Made by a program: the position numbers and the translations under genes. From Amphiscolops sp. MND2022 (taxonomy: Eukaryota), in NCBI GenBank assembly GCA_964187785.1, contig OZ076411.1, forward strand, positions 75,950,001-76,014,000: a stretch of 64,000 nt of DNA, written 5' to 3'. The notes below the pieces were generated by a model, which saw nothing but the letters and a program-made list of their open reading frames with translations, did no database searches and was not told where the DNA came from. Shown in pieces: positions 22,283 to 35,501 of this stretch (position 1 is the stretch's first letter; every line of letters starts with the position of its first letter).

Positions 22283-24426
22283 ATGGCTGACGACTCTCTC
22301 GATACCGTTGGGAACCTTACTCATCTCGCTGGTTTGTCGTATTCACCGCATACGGAACGTGTCATCAACAATTGTGTGGAGTCCATGCTGCAAGATGCCC
22401 CTCTTGAGTGTGATGCAAATGCGGAAGTTCTCAGTGGTGCGGAAACTGAAACCCTGTTGGAAAATGTTGATATGACAATTTCGACCGCTGTGCCTGTCGA
22501 AACGAAAAAAAAAGAAAAAGAAGCCGTCGAAAGCGACAGAAATTGCTGCTAAAAGGCAAAAGGCCCAAGCAACCTACAAAAGTAGCATGTGCGTTATGCA
22601 ACGGGCTGTACGCAAACATGAGACAACACCTCTCGAAAACGCATCAAAATTTGACAGAATGCCAACAGAAGTTCTTCATAAGCTTCTACAGGACTTCAAT
22701 TTGCAGTTCGACGGTGTACCAGTGCAATACGTGTCTCATCAGGTTCACAGGCAAAAGCAAACACTTGAAACTTTGCAAAAACCAGCAATTGTGAGAGTCA
22801 AAGCAACGTGCACTAACGATTTCCCAGAAAGCCTGAAAAATGCTTCAATCTGGAATGCAAATTCTGGTACTGGTAAAGCGACTTCTTTACTGGAAGAGTA
22901 CAACATCAATCGAGAGGAAGGTGGGGACCCTGAGTTAACGCTGTTCCAAAGGAATTTTTTTGAATGCAGTTCTTAAAGGAACACAATTTTTGCGCGTTCC
23001 AATGAAGATAAAAGGTGCTTTGAGTCAGATTCAAAAGCAGAAGAAGTACACCTACCAAACCATGAGGAAACTATAGTTTGAACTGCTCAGAATGGTGGAG
23101 TTCCTGAAGGCATACAAGGCGAAAGAACTCAGAATCAATGGACTATTGGTCGAGGGAACCATCCGAACACTGCTGAGAAAGACAGCAAAAAAAGCAGCAC
23201 AAGAAGTTAATGAAAGGCGTGTCAAGAAGTTCAGCAATGTCCCGAGTCTGTACCAGGTGGCTTATTTGCGAAAAAATGTCCTGGAGATGCTGGACAAGTT
23301 CAGTCACATTGGTTTCGAATATAACGAGTACCTATGCCTGGTGCTCTTTGTCATTCATTCCGAATCAAACTGTCGGATTGGGGCTCTTTTGGATTTAGAG
23401 TACTCATCCCATGCGGAGATGGAACAGGACCAAATCCGAACTACATTTGATCACAAAACCGGGTCCGAATTTCCAAATTTCTTGAGATTTCGAAGCCAAA
23501 CCAAGCGATTAGTGGACCAATCGCATGAAAAGTTCCGTGAAGAGTTCAACAAGGAGCCGCTTCGAACATTCCCCTCATCTACAAACAAGAGGTTTTCATG
23601 CCAATCACTATGCCTCAAGGCGGCGCTCGCAAAATTCCTTTCCATAGCTGACAAGTCCTACAATCCGGACAATGTGCAAAAAGCGTGGGATTCCTACAAG
23701 GTGAAAGCAAACTTCCTTCCAGAGGAGAACTTGGCAAGGCTCTATCAAAAGAATACCGGCCACTGCGAGGCCACGCGTGACAAGTATTATGTACAACCGG
23801 CCACAGACGGCGAAATTGCAAAACTTTTGGACAACCAACTCGACTCGATAAATGACCCCGAGTCCTGCTATGTCACAGAAGACGATCCACCTAAAGCAGT
23901 TCCAGAGACAACCAAAGAGCCAAACATTTTCGAAGAAGACGCGGAAGAGGGAGACCACGACCACAATCCTTCATGCGAAGGATTAGAACATCAAAAAACC
24001 GCTCTGACAGCCGATTTTGATGAAACAGATGAAAATGGCAACATTTGTACTACTTCATGTGAACCTGGGCCCTCCAATGGCTGTATGCAACCAAGCTCTT
24101 CTGGAATGGAGACAGTGCAGATGGAAAATCCCCAGAAGAAAGGCCCCGTAAGGAGACTTGAAAAGCAAACTACGGACGAAGGCGATGCCAGATGGTATGC
24201 CATACGTGAGAATTTGATGAAATTCAGAGGTGCAGACCCTCTACAACCACATTTAGTGAAACTATTTGACATCGTTTGCCAAAAAAAGAAGTACCCCTCG
24301 CGGAGGGAGTTGAGACTGGAGTGCAAACATTTCCCAGGACTTAAAGATTCTGACAAAGAATTACTCTGTGATAAAACCGTGAAAAAACTGTCGAACGTGA
24401 TGAAGAATGCAAAGTGGTCGAATTAA
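22283..24426 (+). pseudogene. Zinc-finger/YR gene B0 (frameshifts in the 5' third; intact 444-aa 3' ORF 23092-24426)
   Basis: NLTHLAGLSYSP; CALC...HLSKTH; CNTC...HLKLC; HSESNCRIG; DHKTG; NVQK; TGHCEATRDKYY. Confidence 0.88.
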
Positions 24427-27400
24427 TTGATTGGCGCTTGTTTTTTTTGTTTTTAGTAGTTTGATGTTTGAGAGGAGTATATGAATCCTCAGTTTTGAGT
24501 TTGTATTATTTGCTGATTTGTTGAGATTTCGCCTATTATATCTAGAAATCCAGTTTTTTCGACAGAACGTCTGTATTATCTCATTTCGTCTTACTGACAA
24601 GTCCTACAATCCGGACAATGTGCTAAAAGCGTGGGATTCCTACAAGGTGAAAGCAAACTTCCTTCCAGAGGAGAACTTGGCAAGGCTCTATCAAATGAAT
24701 ACCGGCCACGGCGAGGCCACGCGTGACAAGTATTATGTACAACCGGCCACAGACGGCGAAATTGCAAAACTTTTGGACAACCAACTCGGCTCGATAAAGG
24801 ACCCCGAGTCCTGCTATGTCACAGAAGACGATCCACCTAAAGCAGTTCCAGAGACAACCAATGAGCCAAACATTTTCGAAGAAGACGCGGAAGAGGGAGA
24901 CCACGACCACAATCCTTCATGCGAAGGATTAGAACATCAAAAAACCGCTCTGACAGCCGATTTTGATGAAACAGATGAAAATGGCAACATTTGTACTACT
25001 TCATGTGAACCTGGGCCCTCCAATGGCTGTATGCAACCAAGCTCTTCTAGAATGGAGACAGTGCAGATGGAAAATCCCCAGAAGAAAGGCCCCGTTAAGA
25101 GACTTGAAAAGCAAACTACGGACGAAGACGATGCCAGATGGTATGCCATACGTGAGAATTTGATGAAATTCAGAGGTGCAGACCCTCTACAACCACATTT
25201 AGTGAAACTATTTGACATCTTTTGCCAAAAAATGAAGTACCTCTCGCGGAGGGAGTTGAGACTGGAGTGCAAACATTTCCCAGGACTTTAAGATTCTGAC
25301 AAAGAATCACTCTGTGATAAGGCCGTGAAAAAACTGTCGAACGTGATGAAGAATGCAAAGTGGTAGAATTAATTGATTGGCGCTTGTTTTTTTGTTTTTA
25401 GTAGTTTGATGTTTGAGAGGTGTATATGAATCCTCAGTTTTGAGTTTGTATTATTTGCTGATTTGTTGAGATTTCGCCTATTATATCTAGAAATCCAGGT
25501 TTTTCGACAGAACGTCTGTATTATCTCATTTCGTCTTACTGACAAGTCCTACAATCCGGACAATGTGCTAAAAGCGTGGGATTCCTACAAGGTGAAAGCA
25601 AACTTCCTTCCAGAGGAGAACTTGGCAAGGCTCTATCAAAGGAATACCGGCCACTGCGAGGCCACGCGTGACAAGTATTATGTACAACCGGCCACAGACG
25701 GCGAAATTGCAAAACTTTTGGACAACCAACTCGACTCGATAAATGACCCCGAGTCCTGCTATGTCACAGAAGACGATCCACCCAAAGCAGTTCCAGAGAC
25801 AACCAATGAGCCAAACATTTTCGAAGAAGACGCGGAAGAGGGAGACCACTACCACAATCCTTCATGCGAAGGACTAGAACATCAAAAAACCGCTCTGACA
25901 GCCGATTTTGAGGAAACAGATGAAAATGGCATTATTTGTACTACTTCATGTGAACCTGGGCCCTCCGATGGCTGTATGCAACCAAGCTCTTCTAGAATGG
26001 AGACAGTGCAGATGGAAAATCCCCAGAAGAAAGGCCCCGTTAAGAGACTTGAAAAGCAAACTACGGACAAAGACGATGCCAGATGGTATGCCATACGTGA
26101 GAATTTGATGAAATTCAGAGGTGCAGACCCTCTACAACCACATTTAGTGAAACTATTTGACATCGTTTGCCAAAAAAGAAGTACCCCTCGCGGAGGGAGT
26201 TGAGACTGGAGTGCAAACATTTCCCAGGACTTAAAGATTCTGACAAAGAATTACTCTGTGATAAGGCCGTGAAAAAACTGTCGAACGTGATGAAGAATGC
26301 AAAGTGGTCGAATTGATTGATTGGCGCTTGTTTTTTTTGTTTTTAGTAGTTTGATGTTTGAGAGGAGTATATGAATCCTCAGTTTTGAGTTTGTATTATT
26401 TGCTGATTTGTTGAGATTTCGCCTATTATGTCTAGAAATCCAGTTTTTTCGACAGAACGTCTGTATTATCTCATTTCGTCTTACTGACAAGTCCTACAAT
26501 CCGGACAATGTGCTAAAAGCGTGGGATTCCTACAAGGTGAAAGCAAACTTCCTTCCAGAGGAGAACTTGGCAAGGCTCTATCAAATGAATACCGGCCACG
26601 GCGAGGCCACGCGTGACAAGTATTATGTACAACCGGCCACAGACGGCGAAATTGCAAAACTTTTGGACAACCAACTCGACTCGATAAATGACCCCGAGTC
26701 CTGCTATGTCACAGAAGACGATCCACCTAAAGCAGTTCCAGAGACAACCAATGAGCCAAACATTTTCGAAGAAGACGCGGAAGAGGGAGACCACGACCAC
26801 AATCCTTCATGCGAAGGATTAGAACATCAAAAAACCGCTCTGACAGCCGATTTTGATGAAACAGATGAAAATGGCAACATTTGTACTACTTCATGTGAAC
26901 CTGGGCCCTCCAATGGCTGTATGCAACCAAGCTCTTCTAGAATGGAGACAGTGCAGATGGAAAATCCCCAGAAGAAAGGCCCCGTTAAGAGACTTGAAAA
27001 GCAAACTACGGACGAAGACGATGCCAGATGGTATGCCATACGTGAGAATTTGATGAAATTCAGAGGTGCAGACCCTCTACAACCACATTCAGTGAAACTA
27101 TTTGACATCGTTTGCCAAAAAAAGAAGTACCCCTCGCGGAGGGAGTTGAGACTGGAGTGCAAACATTTCCCAGGACTTAAAGATTCTGACAAAGAATTAC
27201 TCTGTGATAAGGCCGTGAAAAACTATCGAACGTGATGAAGAATGCAAAGTGGTAGAATTGATTGATCGGCGCATGTTTTTTTTTGTTTTTAGTAGTTTGA
27301 TGTTTGAGAGGAGTATATGAATCCTCAGTTTGAGTTTGTATTATCTCATTTCGTCTTACTGACAAGTCCTACAATCCGGACAATGTGCTAAAAGCGTGGG

Positions 27401-28305
27401 ATTCCTGCAAGGTGAAAGCAAACTTCCTTCCAGAGGAGAACTTGGCAAGGCTCTATCAAATGAATACCGGCCACTTCAATGCCACGCGTGACAAGTATAA
27501 TGTACAACCGGCCACAGACGGTGAAATTGCAAACCTTTTGGACAGCCAACTCGACTTGATAAATGACCCCGAGTCCTGCTATGTCACAGAAAACGATCCA
27601 CCTAAAGCAGTCCCAGAGACAACCAATGAGCCAAACCTTTTCGAAGAAGACGCGGAAGAGGGAGACCACGACCACAATCCTTCATGCGAAGGATTAGAAC
27701 ATCAAAAAACCGTTCTGACAACCAATTTTGATGAAACAGATGCAAATGGCAACATTTGTACTACTTCATGTGAACCTGGGCCCTCCAATGGCGGTATGCA
27801 ACCAAGCTCTTTTGAAATGGAGACAGTGCAGATGGAAAATCTGCAGAAGAAAGGCCCCGTTAAGAGACTTGACAAGCAAACTACGGACGAAAACGTTGCC
27901 AGATGGTAAGCCATACGTGAGAATTTGATGAAATTCAGAGGTGCAGACCCTCTACAACCACATTTAGTGAAATTATTTGACATCGTTTGCCAAAAAAAGA
28001 AGTACCTCTCGCGGAGGGAGTTGAGACTGGAGTGCAAACACTTCCAAGGACTTAAATGTTCTGACAAAGAATTACTCTGTGATAAGGCCGTGAAAAAACT
28101 ATCGAACGTGATGAAGAGTGCAAAGTGGTAGAATTGATTGATTGGCGCTTGTTTTTTTTTTGTTTTTAGTAGTTTGATATTTGAGAGAAGTATATGAATC
28201 CTCAGTTTTGAGCTTGTATTATTTGCTGATTTGTTGAGATTTCGCCTATTAAATCTAGAAATCCAGTTTTTTCGACAGAACGTCTATATTATCTCATTTC
28301 GTCTT
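23648..28305 (+). repeat. Five tandem copies of an about 945-bp unit (YR C-terminus plus 3' flank)
   Basis: CTGACAAGTCCTACAATCC starts at 23648, 24594, 25539, 26484 and 27359. Confidence 0.95.
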
Positions 28306-28773
28306 TGAGTATAGTATAAGGACTTGCTGTGGAAATCAGCGTCTCTATTTTCACCCAAACAATGGTTATTTCAAGGTCCTTCCTAAAACCGTATGTGTAT
28401 CATACAGCTGATACCAACTCCTTTTGATGTCATTTATGCAATTGGAACTTAAACGGAGTCAAAAATCAACTTTTAAATATCGGTCATTGGGACTCGTATC
28501 CGGACTTGCTGTTTTCTCAACGTCTCTATAATCTCTATTTAGCCTACTTTTTAGGGAATTTCACACAGTTTTTTTCTGGGGTCCTAACAACTACGAATTT
28601 TTTTTGGGCGTCACTAACATTGCTCTCATAGCTGAAACAAGCTGAAACTTGATGAGGGATGGTACAGGAGAGTTTCAGGGGCCAAAGCATCGAAATTCGT
28701 CAGCGCGCTTCCACTATTTTTTTGAACTGTCTCCTATAATCTCGACTAAGTAGTCAAAGCGTATCTATCATCC

Positions 28774-28822
<49 letters not shown>

Positions 28823-28830
28823 GATGATGA
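28774..28830 (+). repeat. (GAT)n junction tract B0/C
   Basis: About 19 units with one GGT variant. Confidence 0.95.
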
Positions 28831-29473
28831 CGTTTATCGGATACGCTCTAACTCTTTTCAGTGTCATTACTCTACGCCTTGACCCCTCTTTCGGATTATA
28901 TTAGAAACGATCCAGCAAAATCACTGTAGAATTCGCAGAGAAAGAAACTCGTTTGTTTTTAATGTTTCTACGGACGTGCCTGGTTAATTCATTTTTGAAA
29001 TCTGTTCCGCTCGAAATGATTCAGTTAAGTTACAGAGAATTGCTAACTTGTGACCTTAATTGCATACTTGTGAAACGGGACAATAGAGACGCTCAGTCTA
29101 TTTTCCAGGTTCCTATAGGATGCCCTATTGATGAATTTCAAACAATCTGTTTTTCGTTGTTTTCTCACCGGGAATGATTTAGTTTATCAAGAAACGATGT
29201 TTGAAACTTTTTATGATTTCTTTTTTAACTGGTTTCCTATTTTTAACCACCTTTGTCGGTGACTATAGATACGTTATGCAGGTTTCGATATGCTGATACT
29301 AGACGCTTAAACTTTTTAGGACAAAAAAAAACGTTTGAACGAAAAACTAAAATTTTTCATTCAAAGGCTGAAAAGACCAAAAACACAAAATAACAAGTCA
29401 AAGTGAGGTACGTTTACCTAAGAACAACTCAACAAAGTAATGTAAGAACAATTAAAAGCAATTGTTGCCAGTT

Positions 29474-31553
29474 TTAGTATCCCAAACTCTCCATTACGTT
29501 ACAGACTTTTTTGACGGCTTTCTCAGCCAAAATGCTGGCTTCTCTCTCACTGGCACCCTGGGCTTGGGCCAATTGTTTGAGCTCCCCACGAAGAATGTAC
29601 CGCATGCGGTCGCAAACTTGATGAAACAGGGCAATTAGCTGTTTCCGCAGTGGATCGTCAGGGTCTTTGAACTTCAAAAGTTTGACACGAATCTCGGACC
29701 ATCTTTTGGCTTTCTCGGGAAGTGCGTCAACGGGTTCATCTTTTGGTGGATTCTTCTTCTTGGCTTTCTTCGGTGGCTCGTAATCGTCAACATCCGGAAA
29801 CGAGTCGTCCTTCGCGAGGGATAGGGTGTCGGATGCGCTATTTTCTTTGTCCGAATCCTCTGTTCTGTTCTCCTCAGCTGCATCTGGGGTCGCAGCGTCT
29901 CGTGAATGTCTTCGTCGCATCGTTCCTCATTTTCATCTTCTCGACCATCTAGTTGTTCCTCCACCTCCTCCTGAGAATCCTCAACCTCTGGCATGGGCTT
30001 TGGCGGGTCATCGTCCGCAACATAACAGCTTTCGTGGTCCTCAATCAAGTTCAATTTTTTGTCGAGAAACTTTGTGATCTCTTCAACTGTGGCCGGTTTC
30101 AGGAAGTACTTGTTTCGTGTGACTTCAGAATGACCGGTATTCAGTTGGTAACGGATCGCATCAGTGCCATCCACAAAGTTTGTTTTGTTCCGGTAACTGT
30201 CCCAGGCTTTACGAACGTTGTCCGGGTTGTAAAGCCTGTCATCAATGGCAAAAAACCGTTTTATGATCTCCTTTAGGTACTTTGCTTGACAAGTGAATTT
30301 TTTGTTACTTGGAGATGGAAACGCAAACTTTGAAGCCTCCCCATCTTTTTCTTCAACAAATTTTCCGTGAAGATCTTCGATCCATTTGCGGTTTTGATCA
30401 GTTATTCGAATGAAATTGGGGAAGTGGGACCCAGTTTTGTGCTCGAATGTAGTGAGCACTTTCTTATTCTTCATGTCCTCAATATCTTCTTTGAAAGTTG
30501 CAACAAGGTCCTATGCGGCAATTCGACTCCGAGTGCACCAGATAGACCAGCAGGCTCAGGTATTCCACGTAAGTGAAAGCTTCCTGTGGGTGATTTTGCA
30601 GCAGTTCCTTGACCATTTGCCTGAGATGGGCAACTTGATACAGGTTGGGTACTTTGTCAAACCGCTGTATCATCCTGCTGTTGACTTTTTTGCAGACTTT
30701 TCAGCTGTGTTTGGTAGTAGGGATCTCAGCTCTCCAGTGATCAAGCCGGGGTTGAAACGATACTCTTTCTGCTTGTAACACTTGCAATACTGAATCAGTC
30801 TAGACAACTCAAAGAGGAACTTGCGCATGGTTCGGAAGGTGTAATTTTTCTCTAATTTAACCTGATTGAACACAATTTTGAGGTGCATCGGCTTCCTGAA
30901 GTGTTTTGTCACATCCACAACTCTGATTAGGAAGTTTTGTTGGAAGCGTGTCAAGAGTTGATCTCCTGAATCAATTCGATGTTCATCATACTCTGTGAGT
31001 AAACGATGCACTTGGGAGATGTTTCAAGATGGTGTGAGTGCACATAGTCCTTGATGTCAATTTTGGAAATTCATCCTTGGAATCCACTAGCACACGAATA
31101 AATTGAGGATTTTTGTAGGAATTTTTGTGCTTCTTTTTCCCCGTAAAACGTACACAAAAAGTGTTTCACTGGTACACCGTAGACGTGCAGATCTGCGTTC
31201 TGCGAAACGATAACAAAAAATTGTGATGCTTTTTCGAAAGCTGTTGTGTTTTCGTCAGATGCTGTCTCATATTGGCATAATTCCTGGAGCAAACCAGACA
31301 ACTCTTGAGACGATCCTGCAGCTTCACTTTGTTTTTTGGGCGCAACTGGTGTTGATAAGGATTGTTTACTCTCAATTGATGGCTCGTTATCATTGTTTGG
31401 GGCATGTTCGCCGACAATTTCCGCATTTTCGTTGTCTGCTTCTTCTAGCATCTGACTTGTAACTCGACGAAGCGCATCGTTTGCAATTGGGGAATAACAA
31501 AGCCCAGCAACTTCTGTGAGGTTCGACAACTCATCGAAGCTTCGTTCTGACAT
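29474..31553 (-). pseudogene. Zinc-finger/YR gene C, frameshifted but retaining R, K, R, H and Y motif residues
   Basis: SNLTEVAGLCYSP; CLVC...HLTKTQ; HSESNCRIG; FEHKTG; YNPDNVRKAW; TGHSEVTRNKYF. Confidence 0.88.
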
Positions 31554-31748
31554 AAATGTAAGGAAGGGTTAATTCAGAAAAGAAAAAATTTTCAGCAATG
31601 AATGATTGAATTTGTAAAAGATGACAGAGCGTCTCTTGTATGTATAGTTTCTTTACAGGTTGATGAAACAGCGACTATACGCAGTGAAAATAATGTGCAA
31701 ACAAGCTTGTGTGGTAATATTGCTATGACAACTCTGAATGGAGAGCTC

Positions 31749-31850
31749 TGATTGGGTCAAAAATGAATAAAATGTGAGGTTGAAATCAGCACATGAATGA
31801 CGTCATGGATGCTAGTATTATAATTCCCTACTGTCGGAAAGTCTCTATTA
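31749..31850 (-). promoter_or_regulatory. Putative promoter block of unit C (CCAAT box, TGACGTCA)
   Basis: TGATTGG 31749, TGACGTCA 31798, TATTAT..TTCCCTACTGT..GAAA.GTCTCTAT shared with subfamily A. Confidence 0.35.
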
Positions 31851-32100
31851 TCTCATAATGACATCATTGCGTCTCTATAGCCACTTGACTAAAAACGTAC
31901 CACGAATTGCATATGAAAACTGAACGTTCTTTTCAAATGTAGTTTGTAATTGTAAATGAAATTGTTAAATTGAAAAAAATCGAATCTTTCAAAAAACATT
32001 GGCTTTTTGACTAGACTATCCAACCCCCAGAAAACGGCCCCAGAGAGATGCTTTGACCCACTTTTTCGAATTTTTGAGTGTCGGATCGTCTAGGATAAAA

Positions 32101-32106
32101 ATGATG

Positions 32107-32140
<34 letters not shown>
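32101..32140 (+). repeat. (GAT)n junction tract C/B1
   Basis: ATGATGAGGATGATG... Confidence 0.95.
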
Positions 32141-35100
32141 GAGACTCTTTGGTGACTATACTAAAAAATAAGGTCGTCAGAGCGTTTCTGAGGCCTTTAG
32201 TCTGTAGCACTGGATCGTCTCTGGGAATAAGTTAGTATTTTTCTAAAGATTCACGTTCCAGCTATATTATGGGTTATTTCAGTTGGGATTGGGCTATACA
32301 AAAGTGCAATTGTCAGAAATTAATTTTCAATGGTACATGATTACGAGAGGTGGCAATAGAAGCGCTTTGACTATTTTGGATGAATATAGAGACGCGCTGT
32401 GAGCGCAAGTGGTTATAAGACGCCCTCTAGCGGCTTTTTGTTGTTAAGTTATAGTTAACGTATTTGCTTAGTTATCCAATAGCAGGCCTTGATATTAGTA
32501 TTCTAAAGTTCGCACCACTAATGTGGTTTGTTGTTTATATAATTTTCGTAAACCATAACCAATTATTTGCTTGTTCTACTTCAAATTGAAACATTTCAGA
32601 GACGTTTTGACTCACTATCACAAACCAATTTTTAATTTTTCCAAAACACCTGTACAACATTTACAAATTTTTACTCTTGATGGCTGACGACACTCTCGAT
32701 ACCGTCAGCAACCTTACTGATCTCGCTGGTTTGTCCTATTCACCGCATACGGAACGTGTCATCAACAATTGTGTGGAGTCCATGCTGCAAGATGCCCCTC
32801 TTGAGTGTGATGCAAATGAGGACGTTCTCAGTGGTGCGGAAACTGAAACCCTGTTGGAAAATGTTGAAATGTCAACTTCAACCCCTGTGCCTGCCGAAAC
32901 GAAAAAGAAAAGAAAAAGAAGCCGTCGAAACCGACAAAAATTGCTGCTAAAAGGCAAAAGGCCCAAGCAACCTACAAAGGTAGCATGTGCGTTATGCAAC
33001 GTTGCGTACGCAATAATGAGACAACACCTCTCACAAACGCATCAAAATTTGATGGAATGCAAACGTAAGTTTCTCATAAGCTTCTACAGGACTTCAATTT
33101 GCAGTTCAACGGTGTACCAGTGCAATACGTGTCTCATCAGGTTCACAGGCAAAGGCAAACACTTGAAACTTTGCAAAAAACTAGCAATTGTGAGAGTCAA
33201 AGCAACTTGCACTAACGATTTCCCAGAAAGCCTGAAAAATGCCTCTATCTGGAATCCAAATTCTGGTACTGGCAAAGCGACTTCTTTGCTGGAAGAGTAC
33301 AACATCAATCGAGAGGAAGGTGGGGACCCTGAGTTAGCGCGGTTCCAAAGGACTTTTTTGACTACAGTTCTTAAAGAAACACAATTTTTGCGCGTCCCAA
33401 TGAAGATAAAAGGTGCTTTGGGTCAGATTCAAAAGCAGCGGAGGTATATCTACCAAACCATGAGAAAACTAATAATTGAACTGCTCAGAATGGTGGAGTT
33501 CCTGAAGGCATACAAGGCGAAAGAACTCAGAATCAATGGACCATTGGTCGAGGGAACCATCAGAACTCTGCTGAGAAAGACAGCAAAAAAGCAGCACAAG
33601 AAGTTAATGAAAGGAGTGTCAAGAAGTTCAACAATGTCCCGAGTCTGTACCAGGTGGCCTATTTGCGAAAAGATGTCCTGGAGATGCTGGACAAGTTCAG
33701 TCACATTGGTTTCGAATATAACGAGTACCTATGCTTGGTGCTCTTTGTCATTCATTCATAATCAAACAGTCGAATTGGGGCTCTTTTGGATTTAGAGTAC
33801 TCATCCTATGCGGAGATGGAACAGGACCAAATCCCAACTACATTTGACGAGAAAACCGGGTCCAAACTTCCAAATTTCTTGAGATTTCGTGCCCAAACCA
33901 AGCGATTAGTCGACCAATTTCATGAGAAGTTCCGTGAAGAGTTCAACAAAGAGCCGCTTTGAACATTCCCCTCATCTACAAACAAGAGGTTTTCATGCCA
34001 AGCAACGTACCTCAAAACGGCGCTCGCGAAATTCTTTTCCATAACTGACAAGCCCTACAATCCGGACAATGTGTGAAAGGCGTGGGATTCGTACAAGGTG
34101 AAAGCAAACTTCCTTCCAGAGGAGAACTTGGCAAGGCTCTATCAAATGAATACCGGCCACTGCGAGGCCACGCGTCACAAGTATTATGTACAACCGGCCA
34201 CTGACGGCGAAATTGCAAAACTTTTGGATAATCAACTCGACTTGATAAATGACCCTCAATCCTGCTATGTCACAGAAAACGATCCACCTAAAGCAGTTCC
34301 AGAGACAGCCAATGAGCCAAAAGTTTTCGAAGAAGACGCGGAAGAGGGAGACCACGACCACAATCCTTCATGCGAAGGATTAGAACATCAAAAAACCGCT
34401 CTGACAGACGATTTTGATGAAACAGATGAAAATGGCAACATTTGTACTACTTCATGTGAACCTGGCTCTCCAATGGCGGTATGCAACCAAGCTCTTCTGA
34501 AATGGAGGCAGTGCAGATGGAAAATCCGCAGACGAAAGGCCCCGGTAAGAGACATGAAAAGCAAACTACGGGCAAAGACGATGCCAGATGGTATGCCATA
34601 CAAGAGAGTTTGATGAAATTCAGAGGTGCAGACCCTCTACAACCACATTTAGTGAAACTATTTGACATCGTTTGCCAAAAGAAGAAGTACCTCTCGCGGA
34701 GGGAGCTGAGACTGGAGTGCAAACACTTCCCAGGACTTAAAGATTCTGACAAAGAACTGCTCTGTGATAAGGCCGTGAAAAAACTGTCGAACGTGATGAA
34801 GAATGCAAAGTGGTAGAATTGATTGATTGGCGCTTGTTTGTTTGTTTTTAGTTTGATATTTGAGAGGAGTATATGAGTCTTCAGTTTTGAGTTTGTATTA
34901 TTTGCTGATTTGTTGAGATTTTGCCTATTATATGTAGAAATCCACTTTTTTCGACAGAACGTCTATATTATCTCATTTCGTCTTAGAGTATAGTATAAGG
35001 ACTTGCTGTGGAACTCAGCGTCTCTATTGTCACCCAAACAATGGATATTTCAAGGTCCTTCCTAAAGCCGTATGTGTCTCATACAGCTGATACCAACTCC

Positions 35101-35453
35101 TTTTGATGTCAATTTTGCAATTAGACCTTAAACGGAGTCAAAAATCAACTTTTAAAAATCGGTCATTGGGACTCGTATCCGGACTTGCTGATTTCCTCAA
35201 CGTCTCTATAATCTCTATTTAGCCTACTTTTTAGGGAATTTCACACAGTTTTTTTCTGGGGTCCTATTTACTACGAATTTTTTTTGGGAGTCACTAACAT
35301 TGCTCCCATAGCTGAAACTAGCTGAAACTTGATGAGTTATGGTACAGGAGAGTTTCAGAGACCAAAGCATCGAAATTCGTCAGCGCGCTTCCACTATTTA
35401 TCTATAACGTCTCCTATAATCTCGACTAGGTAGTCAAAGCGTATCTATCATCC
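32141..35453 (+). mobile_element. YR element unit B1, complete, about 3.31 kb
   Basis: GAT-flanked; left GAGACTCTTTGG, right CAAAGCGTATCTATCATCC. Confidence 0.88.
32680..34816 (+). pseudogene. Zinc-finger/YR pseudogene B1
   Basis: ORFs 32677-33795, 34098-34613, 34481-34816; the R-II codon is TGA. Confidence 0.88.

Positions 35454-35500
<47 letters not shown>
35454..35500 (+). repeat. (GAT)n junction tract B1/B2
   Basis: Perfect repeat of about 15 units. Confidence 0.97.

Positions 35501-35501
<1 letters not shown>

Larger units (their letters stand above)
21310..28773 (+). mobile_element. YR element unit B0 with amplified 3' end; left boundary uncertain or chimeric
   Basis: Matches B1 from about 22200 onward; right end CAAAGCGTATCTATCATCC followed by (TGA)n. 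Confidence 0.75.
28831..32100 (-). mobile_element. YR element unit C, complete, about 3.27 kb
   Basis: Termini TTTATCGGATACG and CGTCTAGGATAAA form an imperfect inverted pair (10/13); GAT tracts on both sides. Confidence 0.85.

Noticed and set aside
23608-27675. Recurring minus-strand ORFs (MVVVSLFRVFF..., MSESLSPGK...)
   Set aside because: Antisense shadows of the repeated YR coding sequence; their recurrence reflects DNA duplication only.
32016-32235. Poly-Met and poly-Ile ORFs
   Set aside because: Translations of the (GAT)n tract.
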